Position numbers and translations under genes: made by a program. Below are positions 25,129-40,588 of a DNA stretch of 64,000 nt, in pieces; position 1 is the first letter of the stretch, and every line of letters begins with the position of its first letter. The notes beneath the pieces were generated by a model. That model saw only the letters and a program-made list of their open reading frames with translations, searched no databases and was not told the DNA's origin. The stretch lies in the NCBI GenBank assembly GCA_000004695.1, contig CM000153.2:544001-608000 (forward strand), read 5' to 3'. The stretch comes from Dictyostelium discoideum (taxonomy: Eukaryota).

Positions 25129-28100
25129 CTATATTGATTTTCATTTTGAGATAAAGATAATAAAAGTTGTTCATCGAAATGTTTACCAAAATTAACATCT
25201 TCAGATAGACCTTTTCTCTTACGAGTTTTGATTAAAAGTTCACGAGCCAAATGAAGTTTTGGAGAAGGTTCTAATGGACGAAGTTTAATTGATTTATCTA
25301 AAGGATCACCTGGAACCACTTGCCAATGATCAAATGTTGAAAGACAGAAAGCTTGACCTTGAGTATGAACTCTAAGATCGGTTTCAAAACCATATGAATC
25401 CAATACGGGTATTAAAGCTTTTGTAATGTGAAGTGGTGTACCAGGTTTTGGCAAGTCATGAATGATATGACCACGACGACGTGTTAAAACATTTTCGATT
25501 GCATTGAGACAATCGATTGGTGAGATTACTTCAACTAGATAAACAGGCTCCATTAAACGTGGTGTTGATACTAAAAATGATGAATGTGTTACAGAACGTG
25601 CGGCAGGTACAATATGGCCACTGGATCTTTGAATTGGTTCAGAGGCAATGGTGGCATCCAATAGTTTGAATTTTACATTTCTAATTGGTTCATCAACCAA
25701 TGGACCTTCTTTAGTGGCCCATTGGAAGCCTCTAACCACGGAATCAGAGATGGATAATAGAAGGGATCTGTTCACTTCAGTTGGGAGGGTATCGTTCAAT
25801 AGGATATTTGGACCATTGATATCTGGACCAAATGCCCAAATCGAATTGGAGGCTAAAACATCCCAGTCGTACTTTGATTGGAAATATTCTGATCTCTTTT
25901 TCTTTGGCCAATCCAGTTTCACCATACCATTTTCAATATCATCGGCTAATCCATTCTCCAATGGTTCAGCGATCATTGTTAGACGATTCTTTTTATTTTG
26001 AGTATCAGCATAACATTTAATTGATGAAGTTTCAACGATTGTTTCTGTCAATGTGATAACTGGATCATCTACTTTGATTTCAATCTCTGTATACATTAAT
26101 CTAAGGTCATGTAAAATACAATCTAAATAAAGCTCACCTGTACCTAAAATAACATGTTCACCCGATTCCTCAGCCTTTGTAATTGCCAATGGATAGGATT
26201 TATCGATCTTTCTTAAACCATCCAACATCTTTGGTAATTCCGATGGATTGATTGGTTCGATTGCAACCTTACAAACTGATTTAGTTATGAAATGAAGTGG
26301 ACGGAAAATATGTGCCCTATTCTCATCCTCGTCAGATGATAAATCTTTTTTTGAGGTAATGGTGGCAGTCTTTACGATTGGACCATCGACACCATCTAAT
26401 AAAACCCACATACCTGCTTGTGCTTTTTCAATCTCGATTTTATAACGTGCTTCACCAATGAAAACGCCTTCACATTCACATTCTTCCATATCTTCTTCAT
26501 TATTATCTGGTGAGTATTTTTCACGTAAAACTCTAATGGATTGACCTTTACTAATGCTACCAGACATAATACGACCTAAACAATCGAATCCTTTACCATC
26601 GGGTTTTGATAATAACTTTGTGATATAAATTAGCAATGGACCCTTTGGATCACATTCCACCAATGACCTGCCATACTCACCATTCAATGGACCTGTATAG
26701 AGTGTTGTTGCTTTACGTCTAGCATTATCAATTGGTGATGGTAATGCTGCCAACATATCTACAAATGCATTTGATTTACCACCGAAAAATGAACCCAATA
26801 CAACTCTTAACAATGGTCTAATATCTAAATTATAAGTTTCTTTTGAAAGTTTAATACCCAATTCTCTTAGGGTTGCTTCAACCACTGGTTTCTCTTCACT
26901 AATTACAGTTGAATAAATCTTATAAATTGGATTTAAAATAAAGTGTACAAATGATCTTACATGTTCACCATTTCCTGATGCTTGTTTTCTAAACATACGT
27001 GTACTTTCATTAAAATAAAGATCACCCCATAATCTTTTAGCAAATTCACTACTCTTAAAACCACCACCATAAGTTTCAATATAAATATTTGCGAATGATT
27101 CTAAACTAAAACACCAACCCATTTCTGAACTTGCAAAAATAACATTACCTAATTCTGGTGATACTTTAATCTTTTCATTAGCACTACCTCTAGTATTACC
27201 ATCACTACCACCACTACCACTACCATGTGAACATAAATCTAAAATTGAATTAACTTCATCAATTGTATGTTTTAATTTAAAATATGCATCTACTGGTGGT
27301 AATTTTAATTCTAATATTAATCTATCCATTTTATTTATAACAACACAAATTGATAAACCTTCAGCAACAGCATGTTTAATTAATCTTTCAGTTTGCATCA
27401 TTACACCTTCTAATGCATCAATGATAATTACAGCAATATCTGATAATGCAATTGATGCAGTAACTTCATCTAAAAAGTTTGGATGTCCTGGTGTATCTAA
27501 TATATTAATTAAATATGATTTATCTTTTGAATTTGGTAAAACTAATGACATTGGTGTTGACTTTATTGATATTAATCTTTCTTGTTCATCATTTCTAGTA
27601 TCTGTATATCTCATCTATTTTTTTTTTAAAAAATTAAATTAAATTAATATATATATATATCTTTTTATAAAATATAATATATATTTATATACTTACTGGT
27701 TTTGAACTTAACCATTTCTTTTCATGAGTTTGTTGAAATAACATATCCATGAATGAAGTTTTACCATGATGTAATTGACCGATTAAAGAAACATTTCTAA
27801 TGAATTGTGGATATGTTGATAAATCGGTTAAAAATTGTTTAGAATAACTTGTTTCTGGATAATCTTTTTCAGTGATTGTAAATGATTTATTTTTCTTTGG
27901 ATCAATGATTGGTTTTGATAATGGTTGTGAATCTTCATCTTGTACCATAACTTCAACACCTTTATAAACATCTGATGCATCTGGAAAATATTGTTTATCT
28001 TCATGTAATACAATTGCTGATGTTGTTGAAATTTGTATATTATCTCTATCTATATTCATTTCATCACCACCATCATTATCTCCTGTTTCTTCTATATGTG

Positions 28101-28263
28101 CTTCATCGTCATTATATTGTTGTTGTTGTTGTTGTTGGTTTGGTTTTCTATCCTCTTCCTCCTCCTCTTCTTGTTGTTGCTGTTGTTGATCATATGTTAC
28201 TTCTTCATCTTCTAAACTTTCTCCAATATAATTACCAAATTCATCATATAAATTATCTGACAT
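25125..28263 (-). CDS. eftud2: U5 snRNP 116-kDa GTPase (Snu114/EFTUD2 homologue), about 1018 aa, two exons (27697..28263 and 25125..27614)
   Basis: Exon 1 is MSDNLYDEFGNYIGESLEDEE..HEDKQYFPDASDVYKGVEVMVQDEDSQPLSKPIIDPKKNKSF..IRNVSLIGQLHHGKTSFMDMLFQQTH. I compared this with my remembered human EFTUD2 segments MDTDLYDEFGNYIGPEL.., HEDKKYYPTAEEVYG.., QPLTEPIIKP and IRNVTLCGHLHHGKT. Exon 2 is MRYTDTRNDEQERLISIKSTPMSLVLPNSKDKSYLINILDTPGH..DRLILELKLPPVDAYFKLKHTIDEVN. The intron (27615..27696) is CCA|GTAAGT..aaaaatag|ATG. Confidence 0.88.
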
Positions 28264-28497
28264 TATTAATTATAATTCTATATGAATAAAAATAATATTA
28301 TATATATAAATATATATTTTAATTTACAAAATGTGAATGCTCAAATCACGCACACACCAATGAAAATTCACAAATAAAAAATAAATTTAAAAATAAAAAT
28401 AAAAATAAAAAAAAAAAAAAAAAATGAAAATTTCGAAAAGTGAAATTTTTACAATTAACATGTTGTAATTTTTTTTTTTTTTTCATTAATTAAATTA

Positions 28498-28539
<42 letters not shown>

Positions 28540-28565
28540 TAAATAAATAATAAAAATAAATAATA
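28264..28565. promoter_or_regulatory. Shared 302-bp divergent promoter region between the Snu114/EFTUD2 (-) and Aar2 (+) start codons
   Basis: The two genes are head-to-head, with an AT-rich spacer containing an (AAT)n array at 28501-28535. The regulatory role is inferred from the arrangement only. Confidence 0.4.
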
Positions 28566-30122
28566 ATGGATAATGAAAAAGCTAGAGAATTAAATGAAAA
28601 ATATGCAACATTATTAATATTAGATGTACCAGAAGGTTCAACAATTGGAATTGATAATAAAGTTTGGACGTCAGGTCCAATGTTTAAAGGTGTTAAAATG
28701 ATACCACCTGGTGTTCACATGTTTCATTGTACTTCTTCAAATGAATATGGTGATAGTGTTTTAATATCTAGTAGTTTTATATGGGTGAATGAAATCAATA
28801 ATAATAAAAAGAATAATAATAATAATAATAATAAAGATAATTATGTTGGTGAAGAAACTAATGGTTCACAACAAGTTTTCATAAAACGTTGGAATAAAGA
28901 AGAAGAAGATTTCTTTCCGGATCAGTCAATTACTGAACAAGAGATTCAATCTTATACATATGCAGTTAGAAACTTTGAATTTGATAAAAATCTTGCACCA
29001 TATCCATTCGATGGTACTCAAATTCAATGGAATTTACTAACATCACATATCACCAAATCCCTATTGGATAGAATTTTACCAATTTCAAATATCATAAATG
29101 GAGATTCATGTTCATATGATCAACAACAAAATAGTGCTTCTTCAAAAAAAGAAAAAAAACTTTTAAATGATTTAGATTTAAAATTAAAACAATTTAATGA
29201 ATCAAGAGGATCACCCTCAACAAGTAGCACCACCACCACCACCACCACCACCACCACCACCAGTAGTACTACTAATAATAGTAAATCAAAGAATTGGGGT
29301 GTACCATATTTTTCAAAAATACCAAAAAATCCAATAATTCAAAATTCAACAGCAACGACAACAACAGGTAATAATAGTATTGATATTAGTAATTTAAGTA
29401 AATGGAATATTGATAAATCTGAATGTATTGAATTTATAATTAATAAATATTATAAAGATAATGAAATGGATTTATTAGGTGAAATTGAATTTTGTTTTGT
29501 GTTATTTATATTTGGTATGACATGGTCAGGATTTCAACAATGGAAAGAATTGGTGACGTTGTTTCTATCATGTGATGAATTAGTTTTAAAGAAACCAATA
29601 CTTTTTATTGAATTTTTTAAGATATTAAAAAATCAATTACAAGAAGCACCAAATGATATGTTTGAATCGGAATTGTCAAATAGAGTATTCATTAAACCAT
29701 TACTAAAACAATTCATTGAATCAGTTTATAATCCTGAATTTACAAATCTTGAACAATTATCACCAATTCAATTACAATTATTTAAAACAATAATTGATTT
29801 AAAAAATTATGTTTCAAATAAATTTAATTGGAATTTAAATTTATTTAATCAAATTAATTTTAATAATAATTATAATGAAAATAATAATAAACCATTTGGA
29901 ATTAAAAAAGAATATAATGAAAATAATAAAAATAAAGATGATGATGATGATGAAGATGATGATGATGATGAAGAAGAAGATAATAATAATAATAATAACA
30001 ATAGTAATGAAAAATCAATTAATTATCAACAACAAAATAACTATGACAATGAAGATTATGATAGTGAAGATGATGAATATAAACCTGTATTAGTAATGGA
30101 TACTGATATGAATTATTTGTAA
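28566..30122 (+). CDS. aar2: AAR2 homologue (U5 snRNP assembly factor, Prp8-binding), 518 aa
   Basis: The N-terminus [41 protein letters not shown] was compared with my remembered human AAR2 segment [51 protein letters not shown] matches LDQFLGPYPY. A central [20 protein letters not shown] block is present, and the tail is acidic Asp/Glu. It is a single exon. Confidence 0.75.
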   Translation: [518 protein letters not shown]

Positions 30123-30407
30123 ATAAATTTTTTAAAAAAATAAAATTATATTTTTTTTTTTTTTTTTTTTTTTCAGTTTTAATATCAAGATTCTTAATAA
30201 AGTATTTTTTTTTTTTTTTTTTTTTTTACTAAAAAAACATTAACCAAAATAAAAATTTAATTTAATTTAAATTTAATTAAATTATTATTTTTATTTTTTT
30301 TTTTATTTTTTTTTTTCAATTTTTTTTTTTTTTTTTTGTTTTTTTTTTTATTTTTTTTTTTTTTTCCCAATATATTGAAACCTTCATTTAATATTATGTA
30401 ATAAATA

Positions 30408-32993
30408 ATGACGGATAATAAACAATCCTCAATACCTTCTTCCCCACCTATTGTGGTACCAACAACTACAACAGATATTAATTCATTTACATCTTCTCCA
30501 ACCTCAACACAAGGTTCAATGACACCAAACCCAAATGTTATTATACCAACACAACCACCAACACAACCAATAACTCAATCAAATTCAACATCTACTCCTT
30601 CTTCTTCTTCTTCATCTTCAAATAAAACATTTGAATCAATATTAGAATCATGGAAATTATTTAATATTGATAAAAAAAAGAATGAATTTGGTGATAATGT
30701 AACACAAATTGGTGCATTAAAAGAAGATTGTCTAAAGAGTAGAAAAGTATTAGCAAAACAAACACAAGATTTTAAAAAGTTTACAGATGATGAAAAGATT
30801 AAACAATTTGGATCACTTTTAAAACTTTATCAAGATGAAGTTGATAAACTCACCAAACGTAGTAAATTCACCGAGACAGTATTCCTTGGTATGTATAAGG
30901 ATTTGAATGAGATATCAGATCCTGTACCTGCATTGAGTGCAGCATTGGAGGAATGCTCAAAAGTTGATCAAACCACTAAATTAGAGATAGAGAATAGAAA
31001 ATTACAAATGCAGCTAACCGATTTCAAAAAGGAGTTTCAAGAGATTCAAAATCAAGAAGTCACAATCCGAAGATTGGAAGATAAAATCAAAGAGATGAAT
31101 TCCGAGCGTTCCGAATTCATTTCAATGGATAAATTGAATTTAAAAGAACAAGAGTTGAAACAAGAATTTCAACAACAGCTACAAGCTTCGAAACAACGTG
31201 AACAACAATTACAAAAACAAAATGACCAATTACAAGATGAACTTACCAAAATCTCCATTACAAATAATCAAATTCAAAATCAACTATTGGATATTAAAAC
31301 CAAATACGAGGATGAATTGCAATCTAAACATTCAGAGATTGAAATGCTAACTGTTGAATTCGATAGAGTTCAATCTAAACTCACCACACTTCAACGTGAG
31401 AATCTATCAATTCGTGAGGAATCAATGGTTGAAAAGAATTCCCTAACACCAATGGTTAAAAGAGTAGCCGATTTAGAGTTGGAAATGTTACAAAAAGAAA
31501 CTGAAACCTCTAAATTGGTCGACCAAATTCAAGAGTTAAAAACTCACATTTCAACACAACAAGATGAGAAATCAAATCTTTCAAGACTTTATGAAATTGA
31601 AAAGGAAAAAGTTGAAAAACTTGATAAATACATTCAAAATAATCCATCACCTTCTGAGGTTGAATTAATTAAAAAAGAACTATTAACCTTAAAAGCAATT
31701 GTTGATCAAGATGAAATTAATAAAGCAATAATTGATCAAGAAAAAGATAATAATCAAAATAATACTACTAATAACACTGGTGGTGGTAGTGATAAACTAT
31801 TAAAAGATAAAAATAGACAATTAGAAAATGAATGTACACGTTTACGTCTTTTAACAAATACACAAGAATCTGAATTAATTGAAAAGAATTTAGCAATTGA
31901 TGAATTACAAAAAGTTAAAGATGAACAATTATTATTAATTCAAAGATTAGAAGAAGATTTATCAAATGGTGGTGTTATTAATGGTTTAAATTCAAATGGT
32001 AATGCTGGTTCTTTAGTTTATCAACAACAACAACAACAACAACAACACCATCATCATTTAAATCATCATCATCATCATAACTCATTATCATCATCACAAT
32101 TACAATCATCAAATAAAGATATAATGGATATTTCTGACCTTTTACCTACAAATACAACAAACAATACAACAATTAATACATCACTATCATCATCATCATC
32201 ATCAAATAATAACTCACCATTAAATATTGGTACTAATAATAATAATAACAGTGTAAATACATTAATAAGATCATCAAATGAATCATTTTCAAATTCACCT
32301 CAACAAGTTGGTGCTGGTAATATTGTACAATCAAAAGATGACAAAATGTTAGATATTGTAATAAGTCAACGTGATAGATTTAAAACAAAGATTGTAGAAT
32401 TAGAGAGTGATAAAAGTAAACTTGAAAAACAACTAGATTCATGTCGTCAAGAATTATCATCATTAAAAACTGATAATATTAAATTATATGAAAAAATTAG
32501 ATTTTTACAAAGTTATGATAAAAATAAATCAGGTGGTGGTGGCATCAACAATGCCAATAAAGAAATTCATAGTAAAAGAAATAATAGTGGTTTTGAAAAA
32601 TCATATGATGTTGAAAGAGGTTTAGATATTCCTTCCTCTTCCTCATCATCATCATCTCAAGGTGGACCTGAAACTGAAGAGAAATATGGTAAACTTTATG
32701 AAGAATCAATAAATCCATTTTTATCATTCAATAAAAAAGAGAAATATCGAAGATATAGAGAGATGAATACAGCTGAAAGGGTGATTTTAAATGGTTCAAG
32801 ATTTTTCCTATCAAATAAATACAGTCGTCTATTCCTTTTCATATATTCTGTCCTACTTCATCTTATGGTATTTCTTACACTCTATAGATTAGCAACAATC
32901 ACAACTGAACAACACGAAATGGGTTTTGGTAATATACATCAAACTCCTCCACTACCTCAAAAAGATATTGTTGATAGTATAATAGAACAATAA
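30408..32993 (+). CDS. CASP-type golgin (CUX1/CASP family coiled-coil Golgi membrane protein), 861 aa, with a C-terminal transmembrane anchor
   Basis: The N-terminal domain ILESWKLFNIDKKKNEFGD..KLTKRSKFTETVFLGMYKDLNEISDPVPALSAAL..NQEVTIRRLEDKIKE was compared with my remembered human CASP segments MFQYWKRFDLQQLQ.., [31 protein letters not shown] and NQEVTIKALKEKIRE. A long coiled coil follows. The C-terminal FLSNKYSRLFLFIYSVLLHLMVFLTLYRLA matches the conserved CASP TM segment. Confidence 0.7.
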   Translation: MTDNKQSSIPSSPPIVVPTTTTDINSFTSSPTSTQGSMTPNPNVIIPTQPPTQPITQSNSTSTPSSSSSSSNKTFESILESWKLFNIDKKKNEFGDNVTQIGALKEDCLKSRKVLAKQTQDFKKFTDDEKIKQFGSLLKLYQDEVDKLTKRSKFTETVFLGMYKDLNEISDPVPALSAALEECSKVDQTTKLEIENRKLQMQLTDFKKEFQEIQNQEVTIRRLEDKIKEMNSERSEFISMDKLNLKEQELKQEFQQQLQASKQREQQLQKQNDQLQDELTKISITNNQIQNQLLDIKTKYEDELQSKHSEIEMLTVEFDRVQSKLTTLQRENLSIREESMVEKNSLTPMVKRVADLELEMLQKETETSKLVDQIQELKTHISTQQDEKSNLSRLYEIEKEKVEKLDKYIQNNPSPSEVELIKKELLTLKAIVDQDEINKAIIDQEKDNNQNNTTNNTGGGSDKLLKDKNRQLENECTRLRLLTNTQESELIEKNLAIDELQKVKDEQLLLIQRLEEDLSNGGVINGLNSNGNAGSLVYQQQQQQQQHHHHLNHHHHHNSLSSSQLQSSNKDIMDISDLLPTNTTNNTTINTSLSSSSSSNNNSPLNIGTNNNNNSVNTLIRSSNESFSNSPQQVGAGNIVQSKDDKMLDIVISQRDRFKTKIVELESDKSKLEKQLDSCRQELSSLKTDNIKLYEKIRFLQSYDKNKSGGGGINNANKEIHSKRNNSGFEKSYDVERGLDIPSSSSSSSSQGGPETEEKYGKLYEESINPFLSFNKKEKYRRYREMNTAERVILNGSRFFLSNKYSRLFLFIYSVLLHLMVFLTLYRLATITTEQHEMGFGNIHQTPPLPQKDIVDSIIEQ

Positions 32994-33173
32994 TAATTTT
33001 TTTAAAAAAAAAAAAAAAATTTTAATATAAAATATAATTTATAATAAATACAAATAAAAAAAAATAAAAATAAAAAATAAATAAATAATTTTAATTTTTA
33101 ATTTTAAAGAAAAAAGGATTTTGATTGATCACTCAAAAAAAAAAAAAAATAAATAAAAAAAATAAAAAATAAA

Positions 33174-33256
<83 letters not shown>
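33174..33256. repeat. (AAT)n microsatellite, about 27 units, intergenic
   Basis: Seen directly. Confidence 0.9.
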
Positions 33257-33258
<2 letters not shown>

Positions 33259-33345
33259 TTAATTATAATAATAATAAAATAATAAAACTTTTTAATCATT
33301 TTCCAGACTTTATTTTAATTTATTTTAATTAATTTTTTTTTTTTT

Positions 33346-33405
33346 TATTTTATTTTATTTTATTTTATTTTATTTTATTTTATTTTATTTTATTTTATTT
33401 TATTT

Positions 33406-33410
<5 letters not shown>
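33346..33410. repeat. (ATTTT)n pentanucleotide array, about 13 units
   Basis: ttttattttattttatttt seen directly. Confidence 0.9.
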
Positions 33411-33441
<31 letters not shown>

Positions 33442-34427
33442 CCGGACACAATTTGCCAAAAAATATTTTTAATAAAAAAAAAAAAAATAATAACAAATTG
33501 AAAAAAAAAAAAAAAATAATAATAAATAGAAAAATAATTAAATAAAAATTGTTGATTTCTTTTTTTATTTTTTTTTTTTTTTGTTTTTTTTTTTTTATTA
33601 TTATTAACCCCAAAATGATGTTTAAATTTAAAAAAAAATTCAAAAAACGATTTTGAAGTGGTTTGAAAATTATTATAAAAAAAATTTAAAAAACGATTTT
33701 TTTTTTATTTTTTTATTTGATATTTTTTTTAAATAAATTAATCAAAATCCCAGTTACGCCATATAATTATTTGGTAGGTATGACAGGCTTGCACAAAAAA
33801 ATGTTTTGGAAAAAAAAAATGTAAAAAAAAAATTAAAAAAAATTAAAAATAAATATATTTTTTTTTTTTTTCGATTTTTATAAAAAAAAAATTTTTTAAA
33901 CTTTTTTTTTTTTTTTTTTTTTAAACCATAAAAAACACACAAAAAAAAAACAAGTAAAGTATGACTACTACTACTATTTATTCATTTATTTTTGACACGT
34001 TTCAAAAAATAAAAATAAAAAAAAAAAATTTTTTTATTTTTTTTTTTTCTTCTTTTAAAATTTTTTTTCCACATACAATACTGTTTTTTTTTTTTTTTGT
34101 TTTTTTTATTTTATTTTATTTTATTTTTAGGAAATACAACACACTGTTGGTAATTTTATTGTGGTGTTTTAAATTTTAATTTTAAAATATTTTTTTTCTA
34201 ATCATAATTTTTTTTTTTTTATTTTTTTTTTATTTATTTTAAAAAATTAAAATTTTTATTTATTTAGGTTTTTACTATAATAATTATAATAATAATATAT
34301 AACAAGAATATCAAATTTATTGTTATAATTAATTTTATTTTATTTTGTCAAATTTTCAATTTATTTTAAAAAGCAATTCACTTTTTTAGACCAACAATTA
34401 CAAACAATCATTAATCAAGTCATTACG

Positions 34428-34834
34428 ATGGCAGCCCTCATATTGAGAACCCTTTTAGATAACAACGTTTTTAGTAGTAGTGACTACATACATACGATAA
34501 AAGACCCACTTTCAACTAGTATGGTCGAAGTTTCAGGAAATCCACAATCTTGTGGTGTTTCAGAAGCATTTTCTTCACCATCATTGAAGAAAGCTGATGT
34601 TTCACTTACTTTTGGCTCCAGTCAAGAAATCTCCTATGCCGCAATGTCGGCCCCATTAAATGCCGAGTTCGTAAGATTTGCTATCAAGCACAAGTCGTAT
34701 TCCTGATGAAATTGCCCCCACTGATGTCAACAAAACCGAACTGGATTTATCCACCAACAACTTTGGAGTACCATTGGCTGATGTTGTTCTTCCTTCTTCC
34801 TCCTCAACAACATTATCACCATCAATCGTTTCAG

Positions 34835-34878
<44 letters not shown>

Positions 34879-35892
34879 GCCATCAGTTCTGAAGAAATCA
34901 TAACTTCAAAGGGTGGAATAAAATCCGGAGCAGGAGAGTTACCTTTCTCTATAGTTTATGGTTCAGCTTTTTCAAAGACACCAGAAATTGTATCCTTCCA
35001 ACAACCAACTCAAAAACAAATCAATGATTTCCTTCAAATGAAATCTGATGCCACTAGAGTTGTTACATCTGATGGATACATCTTTAGAGAAATTTTCAAT
35101 CCTGATCATGATGATGGTTTCAAACAAGCCCTCGAAATGTATGGTTCAAGTTTCTTTGAACCAACAGAGCCAGGTAAAAATCACCTTCATACTTTATGCA
35201 ATAGAGGTCTTTATCGTATGATGGTAATGGAAGATGATAAAGGTTTAGTTTTAGCTTGTGCTTTTGTAAGTAAAAAAAAAAAAAAAAAAACTAACAACAA
35301 TAATAATAATTATATTCTCTATAATCTTCCAATCAATTTAAATATTAACATATTTTTATTTATTATTTATTATTTTTATTAGATTGTCGAAGTACATGCT
35401 TATAAATCCTACCATATGGATTATCTTGCAGTTAGACCAGGTATTAGAGGTGGTGGTTTAGGTGGAAAATTCTTTAAACAATTAACCACACACTTACGTA
35501 ATGAACAAAAGTATTTAATCATTACATTCGAAAGTGAACCAAAATTGGTGCCATGGTATCTCAGAATGTCTTGTCTTCATCTTAATGTAGTTAGTGATCA
35601 AGTAACCTATGAAAATGGTGAAACCTTTTTCTGGTGGTTATTAGTCGTTCCATTGGGTAAAATCATTGACGATGGCTCTGATGCTGACACTGATTCAGAT
35701 TCTGAACATCCTACTAGCGCTCCATCAACTACTGCACCCAACTATGCATTACCATTATCATTAACAGAAAAACAAAGAAATAGATCCTACATCCTCTACA
35801 ACGAAAGTGGTGTTTCATATGAATTCAATCAACAAACCATTAATGAAATCGCTCAATATTTACTTACTTTTATGTCTGATGCTAAAAAATAA
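34428..35892 (+). CDS. GNAT-family N-acetyltransferase-like protein. The coding region has an apparent +1 frame break near 34675-34706, then exons 34678..35265 and 35383..35892.
   Basis: Exon B carries the GNAT acetyl-CoA motif DYLAVRPGIRGGGLGGKFFKQL (R/Q-x-x-G-x-G/A). The intron (35266..35382) is TTT|GTAAGT..ttattag|ATT. The N-terminal 82 codons (MAALILRTLLDNN..VRFAIKHK, from acgATGG at 34428) are in frame 0 and the rest is in frame +1. The only in-frame stop between them is the TAA inside gtaaga at 34672-34674. There is no Met in the downstream frame before residue 115 or so. Confidence 0.55.
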
Positions 35893-35955
35893 TCATTTAA
35901 ACTGTAAATAAATAAATAAAAAAAAATAAAAAAAAAATATATGTTTACTTTATTA

Positions 35956-39549
<3,594 letters not shown>

Positions 39550-39558
39550 TATCTGAAT

Positions 39559-39594
<36 letters not shown>

Positions 39595-39737
39595 CTGAAA
39601 TAAATTTTTATTTTTAAATTGCGGAAAGTGATCAAATAAAAAAAAATTCAATAATAATTTTTATCTTTTAGAACTTTGGGTTTATCAAAAAAATAAAAAA
39701 AATAAAAAAAAAACTTAAATAATAATTTTTTTTATTT

Positions 39738-39775
<38 letters not shown>

Positions 39776-40358
39776 TTTTTTTTTTTGATTTAGATTGAGA
39801 AATTCTTTGTGTTGAAATAAAATTAAAAAAAAATAAAAAAAATAAAAAAATCTAATTTTAATTAGATGAAAAAAAACTATAAAAAAGCAAAAGTACTTTT
39901 TTTTCACAAATTCAAAGCAAAAAACAATTGTCACATAAAATTGGAAAACCAATAAACCAAAGGTTTGGATTGTTGTTTAAAACAATTCTTCCTGGCAACG
40001 TCAACTCTTGATAACTAAAAAAAAAAAAAATATAAAAAAAAAATAAAAAAATAAAAAAAAAACAAAAACTTTTTTTTTTTTTTTTTTTTATTTTTTTTAT
40101 ATTTTTTTCAATTTAATTTTGTATGACCAACCAAACCCTTTTTTTTAAAAAAAATTTTTATTTATTATTCATTTATTTATAAAAAAAAAAAAAAAAAAAA
40201 AAAAAACTAAGAGTGTTTAATAAACAACTAAAAAAAAAAAAAGAAAGAGGTAAAATAAAAAGTGAAAAGAATAATAAAATAATAAGAAAAATAATAATAA
40301 TAATTAAACAATACAATACATAAAAAAAAATAAATATATATATTAAAACACCCAGAGA

Positions 40359-40557
40359 ATGGTAAGTTTGTCAAACAACAACAACAACAACAACTAAAAT
40401 AAATATTACTATTGTATTCCTAATTTTATTATTATTTTTTACAAATGTTTAGAGTTTATTTGAATCATATGAAGAGGAAATTAAAGTATCCTTTAAACAA
40501 TTTGAACAAATTGCAGCAGGATTTCCAAAATTATTACCAGGTATGCACATTAAAAAG

Positions 40558-40588
<31 letters not shown>

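Noticed and set aside
27975-28289. Antisense ORFs opposite Snu114 exon 1 and the AAR2 start region. Similar cases include 4287..4722 overlapping G-alpha exons, 25648..26020 and 34656..34901.
   Set aside because: They overlap well-supported genes in other frames or on the other strand, carry low-complexity compositions, and have no splice or start context.
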